Assembly (NCBI GenBank): GCA_010909165.1
Contig: MU008202.1
Span: forward strand, 310,001-374,000
Origin: Anthoceros angustus
Lineage: Eukaryota; Plantae; Anthocerotophyta
Length of the DNA stretch: 64,000 nt
Direction: 5' to 3'
The notes beneath the pieces are model-generated. The model saw nothing but the letters and a program-made list of their open reading frames with translations, had not been told where the DNA came from and made no database searches. The position numbers and the translations under genes were made by a program. How positions within the stretch are numbered: the stretch's first letter is position 1; every line of letters starts with the position of its first letter. Below are positions 35,101-48,950 of this stretch, piece by piece.

Positions 35101-38031
35101 TCAACGTAGTGACCGCTCGTCTCTGCCTGCGCGTCCGCAGCTTTTACGACTAACTACTCTCACGCTCACCGAACATGCCCTTGTGGCTAAATGTTTAAGG
35201 ACCTGCTCAGCGTCTGTATCCTATCGCTCGTCTAATGCTTCTCTCACCGCTCTTCTACACTCATCACCTTTGGGAAAGAGTGTGGCCGGTGGTCCGGACC
35301 TCCGCTGCTCCGCCGGCCTCCGTCGCTCTACACGCCTCCCGAGTTCCTCCGGCCACGTGTTCCGATCCGCTCCAACGCCGCCCGCCGCTCTGGAAGAGTA
35401 GAGGTCTCGATCGTCCACCGCACACACCACCACACGTTAGGGTCCGCCACCGTGACCTCGATCAATCTTTCACAGCAGCTCGCCTGCTGACTCAGACTCA
35501 CGTTAGCAAAAGACGACAAGGGTCTACAAGGAAACGCTAGATCCACCCCAAGAAAAAGATGCTTTACTAGAGCAGGCCCTCTTATACTACGCCCAAGGGC
35601 GCGCCTTATTACATTCCTATTCGGTGGCCAGCCACAGCCCTAGTCAACCGCCTACCACCTCCCTCTTCCGCCTATTTCACATCGGGCTGGTAATGGAGTG
35701 CCCTTGGTTCCGCCAAAGATTAGACAAACAAGTGAGTATTCCAAAGAATTCCAAACAAAGCCGAGATAATAAAATCCGGCCTGCATTCTAACATCCTCCA
35801 TATACATGGTCGCCCCGACCTAGCCAGACCACACTCAAGCCCTCAATCGCTGCGAGATGCTCGCTTAACTTGTCCTTTCACTATAGGAAGGTATAACTCC
35901 AAGGACGAGGACGGAACAAGCGTAGCATGCCATCGAGCCGCTCCTGGTTTGATTTTCCCTTTCCACCAGAGCTGGGAGCACCAGGGGTCTTGAAGCAAGG
36001 GCGTCCGCGAATCAAGCTATCCGAAAGCAAAGACGCGCTCAAGACCAAACCCACCTCCTCCTTCCGCAGACTCAAAATCCATCACGCAAAGGAGCGAGTG
36101 TATTAACTTACATGCACTCAACTAAACTGGAGGACCTCGCAACAGAATCTCAAACCCCGCGCCTATTCCTCCGCACTCAACGACACAACCCACGACTCGG
36201 CCACAAGATGAGCCACCAGGAAGCAACAATACCTCCAACAGAACAGAGCGCAACCCCGCAACGCATTTAATCTCGCGGCCGCCCACCGCAGACTTGCATT
36301 CATGCACCGCCCACCGCTATAGTGAACCGAGGCCGCCAGACAGTTAGCGACTCGCCGACGGCCAACAGCGTATAATCCGTGTCGTTGTAGCAAGGGGTCC
36401 GCCTCGCGGAGAATGATAGGCCCGCTTTGGCACGCTTTTCAACCGATTCTCACCTCAACGTAGTGACCGCTCGGCCTGCGCGTCCCATAGCTTTTAACTA
36501 ACTACTTCACGCTCACCGAACATGCCCTTGTGGCTAAATGTTTAAGGACCTGCTCACAGTCTCAGATCCCACGTCCGTCCTAATCCGCTCTCTCACTGCT
36601 CTCTACACTCATCACCTTTGGGAAAGAGTGTGGGTCAGTGGTCCGGACCTCCTGCTCCGCCGCCCCCGCTCTACACGCCTCCCGAGTTCCTCCGGCCACG
36701 TGTTCGATCCGCTCCAACGCCCCCCGCCGAAGAGTAGAGGTCTCGATCGTCCACCGCACACACACCACTACACGCAGGGTCCGCCACCGACCTCGAATAA
36801 TCTCTCAACAGGTCGCCAAGGACTCAGACTCACGTTAGCAAAAGACGACAAGGGTCTATATAAAACGCGCAGATCCACCCCAAGAAAGATGCTTTACTAG
36901 AGCAGCCGCCCTCTTATACTACGCCCAAGGGCAAGGCCTTTATTACATTCCTATTCTCGGAACAGGGTGGCCACCACAGCCCTAGTCAACCGCCTACCAC
37001 CTCCCTCTTCCGCTCACATCGGGCGTGTGGGCCGGAGTGCCCTTTGTCCGCCAAAGATCGGTGGTCTAATCCCTGATAGTTATAGCCAAGATCCAATCGG
37101 ATGATCGCGAGGCGGGCCCCTTCCTTCCCGAGACCTCGCTGTTGCTACCGCGCGGTCCGACAACCGCGGTAGAACACCACATCCTCCTCTCTGCCCCGAG
37201 TGGGTCCTCGCCTGGGACCACGTGTGATCGCCTCCGCCAAGTGTGGTGAGTCCCTCCTCCTCCGAGTCCGGACCTCGGGTCGGTCTCGACTGTGGGTCCG
37301 ATCCTGGTCGGCTTTATTTCTCGGAGTCCTGACTCTCGGCCCCGGCCTGCTCGGGTCTTGACTGGGGTCCGACTATACCGGGTCCCACTCTGGTGTCGAC
37401 TGCGACCTTGACTTCGACTGGGGTCCATCCCCACTCACCGACCCTCCTGCTCGGGTCTTGCTGGTCTTCTCCTCTTCCCTCGAGCCCCTCGTCCCTCTGA
37501 GGGTTGCGCACTTACCCTCGCGGCCTCGCAGTCGGCCTGCTCGCCTCCCGAGTTCCTCCGGCCACGTGTTCCGATCCGCTCCAACGCCACCACGCCTGAA
37601 GAGAGGTCTCGATCGTCCACCCACCGCACACACCACCACACGCGGGTCCGTCATCCGACCTCGACTCCTCTGGGTCAAGCTCGCCAAGGACTCAGACTCA
37701 CGTTAGCAAAAGACGACAAGGGTCTATAAGGAAACGCCAGATCCACCCCAAGAAAAAGATGCTTTACTAGGCCCTCTTATACTACGCCTCATGGCGGCCT
37801 TATTACACTCCGCCATTCTGAAATGGTGGCCTACATGGTGCCCTAGTCAACCGCCTACTACCTCCCCTTCCGCTTATTTACATCCATGGTAATGGAGGCC
37901 CTTGGTTCCACAAGATCGGTGGTCTAATCCCTCAGATTGCAAGATCCAATCGATGATCCGCGAGGCGGCCCTTCCTTCCCTCGAGACCTCGCTGTTACAT
38001 CACGGGTCCGACAACCGCGGTAACCACCACA
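32190..38031 (-). repeat. Tandem, partly truncated copies of an LTR-like sequence (units ~32190-33941, 33942-35718, 35719-37181, 37540-38031)
   Basis: aggaacatccaataagctaaaaggcg occurs at 32190 and 33944. aaagatgctttactag occurs near 33753, 35555, 36885 and 37755. On the minus strand a purine tract GGAGAGGAGGA followed by TGTGGT starts at 38031, with a similar copy at 37181. Confidence 0.75.
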
Positions 38032-41000
38032 TCCTCCTCTCCTGCCCCGAGTGGGTCCCCGCCTGGGACCACCAGACTGCCTCGCCCAAGTGCTTGTGCA
38101 GAGTCTCCTCCTCGAGTCCGGACCTCGGGTCCGCCTCGACTGTGGTCCGATCCTGGTCGGCCTTTACTCGAGTCCGGACCTCTCTGGCCCCTCCGTCTCT
38201 GGTCTCGACCTCGGGTCCGACCTTATTACCGGGTCCCGACCTTAAGTCTCGGACTCATGGACCCTTGACTTCGACTGGGGTCCATCCCCACTCACCGGAC
38301 CCTCCTGCCTCGGCTCCTTGCTGGTCTTCTCCTTCTTCCCCTTTCGAGCCCCTCGTCCTCCTCCCGAGGGTCAGTAATGAAGCCTCAGGCTTGCTGTGCT
38401 CGGCGCTCCGCCCTCCCCGAGCTTTCTCCACGCCGTCCCCTCGAACAACGTTACCAAGGCCCGGTGTGTATCCTCGGCCCTTCTTCTCCTCCTCCTTCCT
38501 CGACCTCCCGAGGTTCCACACTGTCGTGGTTGACGCAGGACCTCCAAGGCTTGAGGAGCTCGGGGCGGTAAAGCAAAGTCCCAGCCGACTTGTTGGATTG
38601 CCCTTCCATACGCGCCGAGCACCCGATACCTTTGCCAGGCTCCCAAGAAGAAGGTGGCCGCTTGCAGTCGCCTGCCTTCATCGACTCGCCAACTAGAGCC
38701 GGGCGGAATCCTGTGAGGCCACCAAGGAGGCTCACACTTCCTGTACCTCCGCCGTCTCCGCCATCTCCTCCGCTCGCACTCACCAACCATACCGCCATGG
38801 CGCTAACGCCCTCCGCCTTCTCTCAATCGGACTTTCTTCTCTGCCTGTGGCCTCGCCTCCATCCATCCTCAGCCTCAAGCTCCGCCATCTCTTCCTGTGC
38901 GGTCCGCACCCGCCTCGGTCCTTGCTTCATCCAGTCCTTTTGCCGACGCCTCGCCTCCTTGTTCCGCCGGCACTCCTCCGCCCAACAGCCGAGTCGCTTC
39001 TATCTCGCCAGATCACATTACGCCGAGCCCTGCTCATCACGTGTCTTGAGCCGCAAGGTCTCTGCGTCCTCTCCATCTCCGCCGCTGCCTCCATTCCATG
39101 CAATCGAGTCCCGAGATCCTCCATCTCCGGTTGGCTTCCTCTCCTCCTTCAGACGGGCGTCCTGTGCTCTACGCTTTTCGCTTTGTTGGCTGCATTGCTC
39201 GCTGCCTCTCCACGGCCTTATCTCGCCGAGCAAGTGGTCTCTGGCTTTTTAGCTGCTTTGGCCTCTCAGCCAGCCTCCCAGCCAGGTTGCTCCCGCCGAG
39301 CCTCCTGCCGTGTCTCTTGCCCTCTCACTGCCTTCTGCCTCCAACCCCCGCGCTGCCTCTCCGCCTGCAGAGGTCCTCCGCCTGTTTGGGCCTCCGCTAC
39401 TGTCACTGCTCGCACACCAAGGATCTGGTCCGCCTTGAATCTGACCTGACCTCCTCCGCTTCCTGCCTCCTCGCCGATTCTTGCGAGGGACCGCTTCTTC
39501 GCGCTGGGCCGCCCACCCGCCTCCCGAGTAGCACCATACGCCTCCCTAGTGGCCTCCACATCCGGGTCTTCCGCCCATTCCGCAGACCTGCAGTACACTG
39601 GCCCATGACTTGGCCACACCCGCTGGTTTCCTCCACGGCCACTGGGAGACACCTGTGAAGTCCGTAAGTGGAGCATCTCCTGGTCCGTAAGGATCATGAT
39701 ATCAGCACTGGAGGGAGTCCGGACCGGCCTCTCGGACCCGACCCTGTGTCCTCGGGTACCTGGGTCCGTCCTTCCACCTCCTTGGCCGGCTTGGCCGCTT
39801 AACTCTTCCTTCTCGCTTTGGGCCTCGGGAGGCGGTGAGGGGGTCCTCGAGCTTGCTCGTTGCCCCTACCTCTGGGAGATGTGGACTGCCTGGGATGTTG
39901 CCGGCCTCCCCTCGCGCTTGGGCGGCATCCCGCCTGCCTTTCCGACGGCTTCTCCGCCTCCCGCCACTCCGTAGGTAGGGTAGAGGAACCGGCGCTGCCT
40001 TGACGCCACAGGGAGCTGCCTCGCCTTGACTACTCTCCGCTCGGAGGCCCGCCGGGGTGGTGGGGCCGGGCCGGTGCCACATCAAGGCCCTCCTCAGGCG
40101 CCTTCCGCACAGGAGCCCGCTGCCGAAACTAAAAGAAGGGAGGCGGAATATCTTCCCACGCCTCGGGTGGCTTAGGGGGTCTGCTCCAATCGTATTGAAT
40201 CCGAATTCCTTCCTACTGCCATCCTCCCGGCCCGCTTGGCCTTAGGAGGCCGGTTGACCGCCGGGCGCCTTTCCTTCGCGCCCGCCGGCCGCCAGGTTTT
40301 CCCGAGCGCCTGTCCTCCTCTCCTCCTTCGTGAGGTTAAGGTGCTCCGTGTGAGAGCTTGACGAGGCGGCTTCACCAGAGCTTCCCGCCTGTTGATCCGG
40401 GCGAAGATGATCCGCCCGCCGCTCCTCTTCCCCGCTGCAGAGCGTGAGGAATACTAAAGGTTGTCACCAAGGTGTCCACCTTGGTAAGTATATTCCAATG
40501 GACAATGACTGGCCACCGCCTCACTCCCCGCCTGCCCAAAGAGGTCCGACATCAACTGCTGGACGACTGCTGCATCCATCTCGGCCTCATTAGCGCCGCC
40601 TTCGCCGCTTCCACCTTCCCTCACCTTGAGGGGTTCCGAACTACGCCCCCAATTTCAACCGGGCTAAAAATCCTCGTGACCTCCACGGTCCACCTCCGGG
40701 TCCTCCTCGTGCTCTTGAGCGGACCTCCTTGTTGGCGATCGCCAACATCTTCCGAGCTAATCTCGGACGAGAGTGACGCTGTCCAAAAGTCCAAACCGCC
40801 TCGAAAATGTCCAGTGCTACCTCCACCACTCCTCCGCTCCTGGTGGTCCAAAATGGGGTACCATGGACGAAGTGCGCCCAAGCGCCTGTGGCTCCCACAC
40901 TTCCGGCCGCCTTCTGTCCTATTGCCACGCCTCCTCTTGCTCATTGCTTTGGAGGCTGGCTAAGCAATTTTGTCTTTGCCAAGGTTATCGCCTCCAACCA

Positions 41001-41350
41001 CGAGGGTGAGCCGTGTGAAAAGTAGAGTGCTTACGCGCTTGAAAAGATACCAGAGAGCCGGTGTCCGAGTATGCAGCTGTAGAGATCACAAACCGTCAGC
41101 GAGGTCACTTTGGAAGAATGACTTCTTCGGCCCGCCTCATTGCATGACGCCGAGGCTGTAGCCGCTGAGAGGTGTCTCTTCACCGCCCATAACCGGGCCG
41201 TGAGGCTCCTCGCATGGCTTACTCTAGCCTCACGCGTGCACAGACCGCCTCCTTACGCCGCTGCAGACGAGCCTTACGTCATTGGTCACTGCACTCCGAG
41301 CATGAATTGGCTCACCTATAACTACCGCCACCCTTGGCCCACACAAGTAC
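37540..41350 (-). mobile_element. Second, diverged copy of the same retroelement family in opposite orientation
   Basis: The reverse complement of ~40461-40508 (gtccattggaatatacttaccaaggtggacaccttggtgacaa) matches ~27887-27931. KMLAIANK matches KMLAVANK, and the order ORF - GTCCGGAC repeats - purine tract - LTR is the same. Confidence 0.65.
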
Positions 41351-44300
41351 TCAACCACCATTCATCCCACTGGCGCTGCCTTCCATTAATTGCCAATTTC
41401 CTTCCTAGCCTTCCCCTTTCCCTCCCTTTCGGATGCAACCCCAAGAATGCAACCGGCCAGAAGACACGAAATGCTTTTGGATCCAGCTCCCAATTCCCCC
41501 AACCCACGCTATGAGCGGCGGCTCTAACACGCCTTAGCAGCACATTCTTCCACAGATTTGTCAACCTGAAGAACGATGATGAATCCGTAGTTATGGACGC
41601 CGCCGCTTAATGGTATATACCACCACCGTGGGAGACAACATTAGATACCCCTTTCATGAAATTTTCTACACACGTACTCCTGGCCAGGAGTCAAATTACT
41701 AATCTCAACTACGAAACGGACTAGAAGTTATGGAATGCACTCCTTTCGAGTCCGTTCGGGACTGGAAGAGTACCCCGATTACCTACCTCTCACCAAACCC
41801 CCAAGGCACAAAAGAGTTGAAACCACTCCACTGTGTCTCACCGCGGTCTCAAAGGAGCAGCTTGTCCACAATCCGGCCAAGTCGGGTGATATAAAACACG
41901 CAAGTGTGTCCTCCTCAACAGCATCTTAGCCAACTTCTCCGCAGGTTGGTTCATGCCATTTCTCCGTGAGAGGCCGTGTGGCTCAAGTCAGACCTTCTAA
42001 TTACTGTCTTTGTCTCCTCTCCATCAGTGAGGCCATGCCAAAGATCCATCTAGCATAAATACTCCTTGATGACCTCCACAGGTAACTTCCTCTTCCATTG
42101 AGCACCAGCTTTGAAAATGAACTTCTCAAAGCGAAGTTTTGGAGCCCGGTGAGGGACATCCACCCCATTGCATTATCGGTATCAAATGTCGTTACGCCCT
42201 TCCGCCAGGTAGCGGGCAATGTCGATTAAACTCCACGCGGCTTTCTTCTTCTTCAACGCCTTCAATCCAATGTCGAAATCAAATGCGGAAGGCACTTCAC
42301 GATTTATGAGCCGTGCGGTGCAGCGAGTCAGGGGTTTCGTTTCAAGCCTACTCCTCGGATCAACTTCTTAGGGCACCAGCTGCCCGCAAACCAGCGTGGA
42401 AGCTTGCCTACACAGTGAGGTGCACATCTTGTGAGCATTATCACGCCCTTCCCTGTTGTTGTGGTCTTGTATTCCTTCGGCTGCTACGTGAATTGCATAT
42501 TTGGAGCAAGGGTGGGTACATGACAATAGACAGCTGCAACTTGCCATGATTTCGACAAGGATCTCGTGAGGCTTATGAGGGTGCATGCATGGTTTGAGTA
42601 TCACTAACAAGAGTAATGTATCTAAACAAGGGCAACGTGTCACTTTTGTCACCTTTAGAAGAATTTGAAATATCTCACATGACAATAGTAATAGACTCCC
42701 TTTTTTTGAGTAGTCAAAAAAGTAGTATGTACACATGGACCAAGTTTCATTGTCATTGGATTTTTCATGAAGGAGATATAAAATGACAAACTTCGTAAAT
42801 AGTTTCACTACAAGGATTTGAAAATGAGGACCTTCAAGTCGTGTTTTCACTATACAATGTGAAGCAAAGTTGTAGATAGTGTTGAGGGCTATAGAACTAG
42901 CAAAAGAAAATATGGAAAATGATTCCCTAGTAAAAATTAAAGCTGATTTACTTCTTGAGTAAATTTTGAGCTTAGGATAAAATAATTATGGAAAAAGAAT
43001 ATTTGATGATATTTAATGAAATATAAAATTGATGGAGTTTTAAATATATGGGAATGAATATGAAAAATGTCTACTCTGTAAAAATCCTAGTAGGAAAATT
43101 AATCGCGAGGTGAGAACTAACCTTCGTAGGTGAAAAACGGGCAAGAAAGTGGTCATTGACCGGGTGAGTGGTGATAAAGGGTTCTATTTTGCCACGGTTT
43201 GGCACTTGATTTTGAATCTAGCTTTAGTATGGGGTCACGGCCACAGTCATGTGAAGTGGGATGGGCCTTGACGCGTGGAAGCGCGCGCCGTGCGTTAGTT
43301 CAGTCTGAGTGCGTGCGATGCGGGTTGGGTATAGTTCAAGTGCGAAAGTGGGGTAAATGTGAAGAAGCGGTGCGGGTGCGGGTGCGGTGTGGGTGTGGTG
43401 CGGGTGCAGTGCATGTATCTGGATCTGCCTATACGGTGGTATTAGTTGTCACACCTTGAAGTGGAGCTTTATGTCTTATTCTTCTTGTGTAGTGTGCAGT
43501 TAGCGACCTTCCTTGGTCTTCGTAAGAACTAGTTATTTCAATGTAACCACCGAGCCTTGAGGCAAGCGGTACCGGTCATTTCGATGTGACGATGTGATGT
43601 TTGCTTGCCTCTCAAGGCTGTGTTGCTGCCACCAGCCCTATTAGCATTCCCGGACCAAGACTGGATTTGTTGGCGCCACACACCCACCTTAGGTTTCTCT
43701 ATGCATGCACTGCTTCTTCATCCCATGTGCACGCCCCGGGCATGGGGACTTCAACATGCAAGGTTGTACCTTCCGCTCACTGCGGCTTGGGCGTTGGGCA
43801 CAGCAAGCTCCCAATATTGAAAGCAACGAATGGGGCAGCTGGCACTAGCTTTCTGAGTTGGCTAGTTCCTGAAGTCGAGTCCGCACCTCCTAGGTGCTTG
43901 GCTTTAGGTTCCACGGTTTGACCATGGAAAGAAAGATGACTTCGGACACCTATTCGAATCGCCCTGGATTCATTTTTTGGTTTGAAGGTTCCGAGTTTGA
44001 ATGAATATCATTCAATTCCTGTGTTTGTTGATCCCCACAATAGGTTTTCCATGTGCAAGTGAAGGTGGAGTGGTCGACGTTGCAGCAAAGATGTCGTGAG
44101 GAAGGCGATTCCACTTTCGACAATGAGGCTTTTGTTGGCTTTTGATGCCATTGTCATAGATTGTAAACCGATGATGCCCTTTCCTCGCACCATCTATTTC
44201 CAGATCAAGGAAATGACCATTATCGCCATTTTTGGTATTCAACACTAGGCATAGAACTATGTGTCCTCAAGTTTGTGGCAAGGTCTCCGGATGGCACTAT

Positions 44301-45599
44301 TGAGGAAAAAGGTGCTGCATGAATATGGTGAGTCTATGTAGTTCGGTAGCTTGGTTACAATGGCCTTTTATGCCGTAATTGCACTGCAATGATTAAAATT
44401 GGTTAGAATTGCTCATTCTTCCCCGCCACTTGTGTTGGTTGAAGGGCTATGAGGTCTTGAAGACATGGAAGTCCCTTTGTTTTATGGGTTTGAGTTGACA
44501 AGTCACATGGTTGGGGTCTCTTGACACACAACCCGCTTTCGATCATCCATGTTCCTCCAAAGACAAAGACCAAAATTTGCACATCTTGCACAAGGCGTTC
44601 AGCAGAGACTACAACTACTGCAAAAACAAACATAGCTAAACCGCACATCGTACACAACAAAGCTACATTAACAACCTCTCGGGCACCAGACCGATAGTGG
44701 TCTTACGGATCACAAAAGTCTCTTCCCACTATTGGTAGGAGCGCCACCACACCATCTCTCCTCCATCTTTGCATTCGTGTCTTCAAAACTTCCGTAACAT
44801 TTTCGCCAGGCAGCCTTCCTTGACCTTCCGGCAGTGATCAAGTCCCGCCGTTTGTTTTCTGCACCATGGTGCCCATGCCGCCATTGCGTCAACCGGTGGT
44901 GGCTGGAGTCCATGGGACTCAAGGCGTGAAGGCCACCGGATCATGAACCCTAACCCGCCCTTCCTCCTTGGCTACACCTCTGGTCTGGTGGCACCTCCTT
45001 CGCCCATTGCCGCCAGATGATGACCACCATGTGACCGTTGTTCCTTGTGAGTGTCTTGCATGAAAGAATGACGCATGAGAGATAATTAGTGTCAAGAAGA
45101 AAGGTGAGATGACTTTCAAAGTTTTTAGGGTTCATGGACCCACAACAATAATAGCTTAGTGAGTGTAGGGCATGGTTTTCCATAGTAACCTTGGGAACTC
45201 ACACATGGCGCACCAATCCCCCTGCACAACGCCTCGTGAGAAGGCGGTATCTGGCGTTGAGGCAGAGGAAGACATGCTAAGATGCATCCGAGGCTAGGAT
45301 CGTGGGGCGGTTGCTAGCAAGGAGGATTGCTGCAAGGGCGGTGTCGCAGGGGTGATCCGTCCACACACACCTACTAGAAGAAGTGCCAGTCTGGGGGACG
45401 GTCCGCAAATTGGGGCTTGATGCCGGTTCCCCTTCAAGACATGGAGGCGGAGGTTCCTCCGATCGAGGACCGTGGTTCGACTGGGTACACCGTGGGGAGG
45501 TCCGCTTGGGATTCCTTCGTGAACCCCACGTGGACATGCTCACTCGCTACCTGCAAGTGGTAGTGGCCATCCGCACTTCATCATGTAACGCGCTTCGTT

Positions 45600-48500
45600 G
45601 GCGAGCCCCGAGTCAGATGAAGCCCTTGCAAGCAAATCAACGTGTGGGAAAAGCCGGGCAAGTCAACTTTCTCGAGAGATTGGGCTCGTCTTCTTGGAGC
45701 GGACACAAAAATACACATCAGCTTGTAGAGCAGATATTATGGAACGTATGTTGACCTTGCCCATGCTGAAGGCATGCAAGCCGCCTTCCATTCCGGAGCC
45801 CAAAGAGATGAAGCTGATGTTGTTGTTGTTGAAGAACATGAAGGCCGCACATTCTCGCCTGAAGAATGCAAAGACACACAATTTGCGGGCAAGGAAAACG
45901 TTCTTCAACATAATTTTGTCCAGGGAAGTGCAGGACCTCGGTTTGCAATCTCTCCTTGGTCGTGCCATTGGTGTGGATAGGCATGTGATCCGTTCGACTT
46001 TGACCGATGATTCTCGAGTGCCGGATTCGTGTCGCCTATTTTTGGGGGCGGACGCTGTTGCTCGATGTGTTGCAGCGTGTGATGCCGTGAAGCAATTTTG
46101 GGAGCTCATGCCCTCAAACACCAAGGATGCCAAGCGCATTAGGATTGCCCCAAAGACGTTTGAGAAACACATTGTCCATTTCACGGACATGTCGCGACAC
46201 AACCAATAGTCTCGCTTGCGTGTTGGGGTCTACTTTTCATGTTCGCGAACTGAGCCGTGGTTTGCAACGTGCAAGTGCTTTCCATAAATTGCGTGCCACA
46301 TTGTTTGTTGCACTCTGGTACTTTTGTGTTCAACACTTCCATTGTTGGACAGTTGCCGTAAAGAGTCATTTTCATAGGCTTTCCCTGCATGCAACATTGC
46401 TTCCCAGATTGAGTACTCTGGGTGGAAGGTAGCGCGTGCAGCACTAGGAAAATCTCTGTCCCGCAAGTGTGTGCCCCGTTTTTGTTTGGTCAATTCTTTG
46501 TGGGAAACTGAGTATGGGTACCGCGATCCCGATTGCAAATGGTGGTTTGCCTAACTTACAAGTGGTGCGCGATTGTGGATCGAATGCATCTATCTCGGTA
46601 CCATACTAGTGTGTTTCCGTGGACAAAGGGACGGTGGTTATCTGTGATTGGTGGGCAGCACGGATGATGGTGTGCCTTACATGAGGTTGGGGTTAACCTT
46701 AAGTGGATGGTGGTATGACTCCATGTGTATGGTGGTCTGACTCCATGTGTATGGTGGTGTGCCTCTTACCGTGACTGAGTGGATGGGTCCGCCTTCAAGT
46801 GGTTTGTGGTGTGGTCTTGGTGGATTGTGGTTTGCCACAGTGGTGCTGTGGCCTCATAATGGAGGGAGATGTGGGTCTTAGTGCATGGTGGTTAGCCTCA
46901 CGTGGATGGTGGTGTACCTCATAGTGGCTCTAAGTGCATGGTGGCCTTCCTCATGAATAGAGGATTCTGTCTCTAAAGTGGGTGGCCTCCTCATATAGGG
47001 ATTATGGTCGCCTTAGTGGAAGTCTCACTTACAAGTGCATGGTGCATGGAGTGCCTCTAAGGAAGGTGGTCCTCTAAGTGGACGGTGATGTGCCTCATAG
47101 TGGAGGTGGTGGTGCTGGGGGCCTCCTAGTGTGTGGTGATGGCCCTCATAGTGGAATTTGAACGGCTTGGCCATCGATTGCCTCATTAATGTGTTTTGGG
47201 TCTACATGGGTGGATGGCGAATTTTTCTTGATTCGTAGAACAAGATCCCGGCATCCGCATTGGACAACGTGCATTCGAGAAGCATATTATGTGAAAAGAG
47301 CTGGAGAGGAATATAAGGTCAGGGTATCACGTGGAAATGGATTTTCTAAAGGATGCGCTGAACAGTTTACGACATACCATTTCCAGAATACACCCTCGTG
47401 GAGGTTGCCCATGTGATCGCGGCATTTGCCGCCCCCGCAGTGCCTCAACCTCCGGGTGTTGTGCCCCATTATCGACCTATTCATCGCTGAGAGCATTAGG
47501 ATCGCCTTTGTGAAAAGAGGCGGATTTAATGGCACACTTGGAATGCCTTTCGTGCAAATGTGAGCTTGTGGAGTGCGTATTGTTTTGTCCTGTGGAAACC
47601 AAAGATTGACGTCCTACCAAATGTTACCATCAATTGGAGGTGCTTCCAGTACCAAGTTGTCGGGAAGAAAAGGAGGTGGTGACAAGAAGAATTAAGTTGG
47701 TCTTCATGGAGACACACCAGCGACATGGTTCTACATGAAAGACAAGCTGCAGCTTTTATTTTGCACGACTTGCAAAGGTGGCGGGGCCGGAATTTCGACG
47801 CAATGTGGAATTGTTTCCCAAAGATGTTGTGTACTCGGACTTCTCACGAACTATGGTGTGCGTAACGAAATCCACCCATGCACCGTATAACGACCAAGTT
47901 ACAATTTTGGTCCTTGTTTTCTTTGACATGAGGTAGATGTCCGAACCTGCCGTGTCCACAAGTATTATCACTTTTTGTTAGTGATGACATGCTACACGAT
48001 ACCCTTTTGTGCAAGATTGCTTGGGTCTCCATTGGCGTGGATGCGGTGAACTGGGTTTCCAAGGCCCTGAACACTGGTATGGTCGATGGTGCGTCCGCTT
48101 CAAGGCATGCCGACCATCTTATATGGCGAGGTATCCAAGCATAACAGGTGGGGATGCAACATGTTATGGTCTTATTTTGGTAGTGGCCATGGGAAGGGGG
48201 AACACGGCGGAGCCATTTGAAGCGCGCTTCGCGCAAGAGTCTCACCGAGCACCGCGAATGCGTACGCCGATGTTGTTGCATTCCTTCGCCCACACAATAT
48301 CCGGAGGAGCGCGGTTATCCCGGTGCGGAGTACATCGACGCTCGCTTGGGCCCAATGATGTCAATCCGGGCAAAATGGGCATGTGATGCCATTCCAGGCT
48401 CCAAGAGTTGTCATAGCATTTATGGCTACGATCCGCTAACCCAACAAAACCGAGAATGCGCAACTGGCATGCTTTTGTGCCGCATGCATAGGCGAATCAT

Positions 48501-48950
48501 GCGCGACCGTGAATCACCACATGCCGGTTTGGGAAGACATCGCACACGCCCACATTCGAGGTGCAATTAGTGTGCGCATAAGGCGACAACTCCTGCGAAA
48601 CAACAATTTCAGGTGGAAGCTTTGCACCGATCAAGGGCGTAACAGCTGAAGACGAGTCCCAAGATGTCACCAACATTGCGGACATGCTTTGGAAGTGGGT
48701 GATAACTTCCTTGTGTTTGCAGGTTGATGAGGGTGCCACGTACTACCTCGTCCAATGCGTCCAAGGACCCCACCGCCTTCCTACAGCGACAATGTCCTTG
48801 GAGCGAGAGGTTTGTTCCAGGAGACATAGCAGCCGGGTCGACACGACAAGGAACTGGGAGGCGGTTACCAAGACACACGGACTGGGGCAGGAATGCATCC
48901 TCTCTCACGAGCAGTGGTGACATGCAAGTTTGACTTCATCATCACGCAAA
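45600..48950 (+). mobile_element. Degenerate Sola2-like DDD transposase
   Basis: Frameshifted motifs in the expected order: FILH (~47755), DFS(E)NY (47838), NEI..MH, SDDMLHDT.FVQ (47978), WSDG.AS.FK (48080) and FGSGHGKGEH.G.A.LKR (48176). Confidence 0.6.

Noticed and set aside
37902-39658. Long plus-strand ORFs (264, 220, 200 and 186 aa)
   Set aside because: They are antisense shadows of the GC-rich minus-strand retroelement ORF.
26744-41870. TGTGGAC...GTCCACA as terminal inverted repeats of one 15 kb element
   Set aside because: Only 7-8 bp, with no matching target-site duplication and no adjacent homology.
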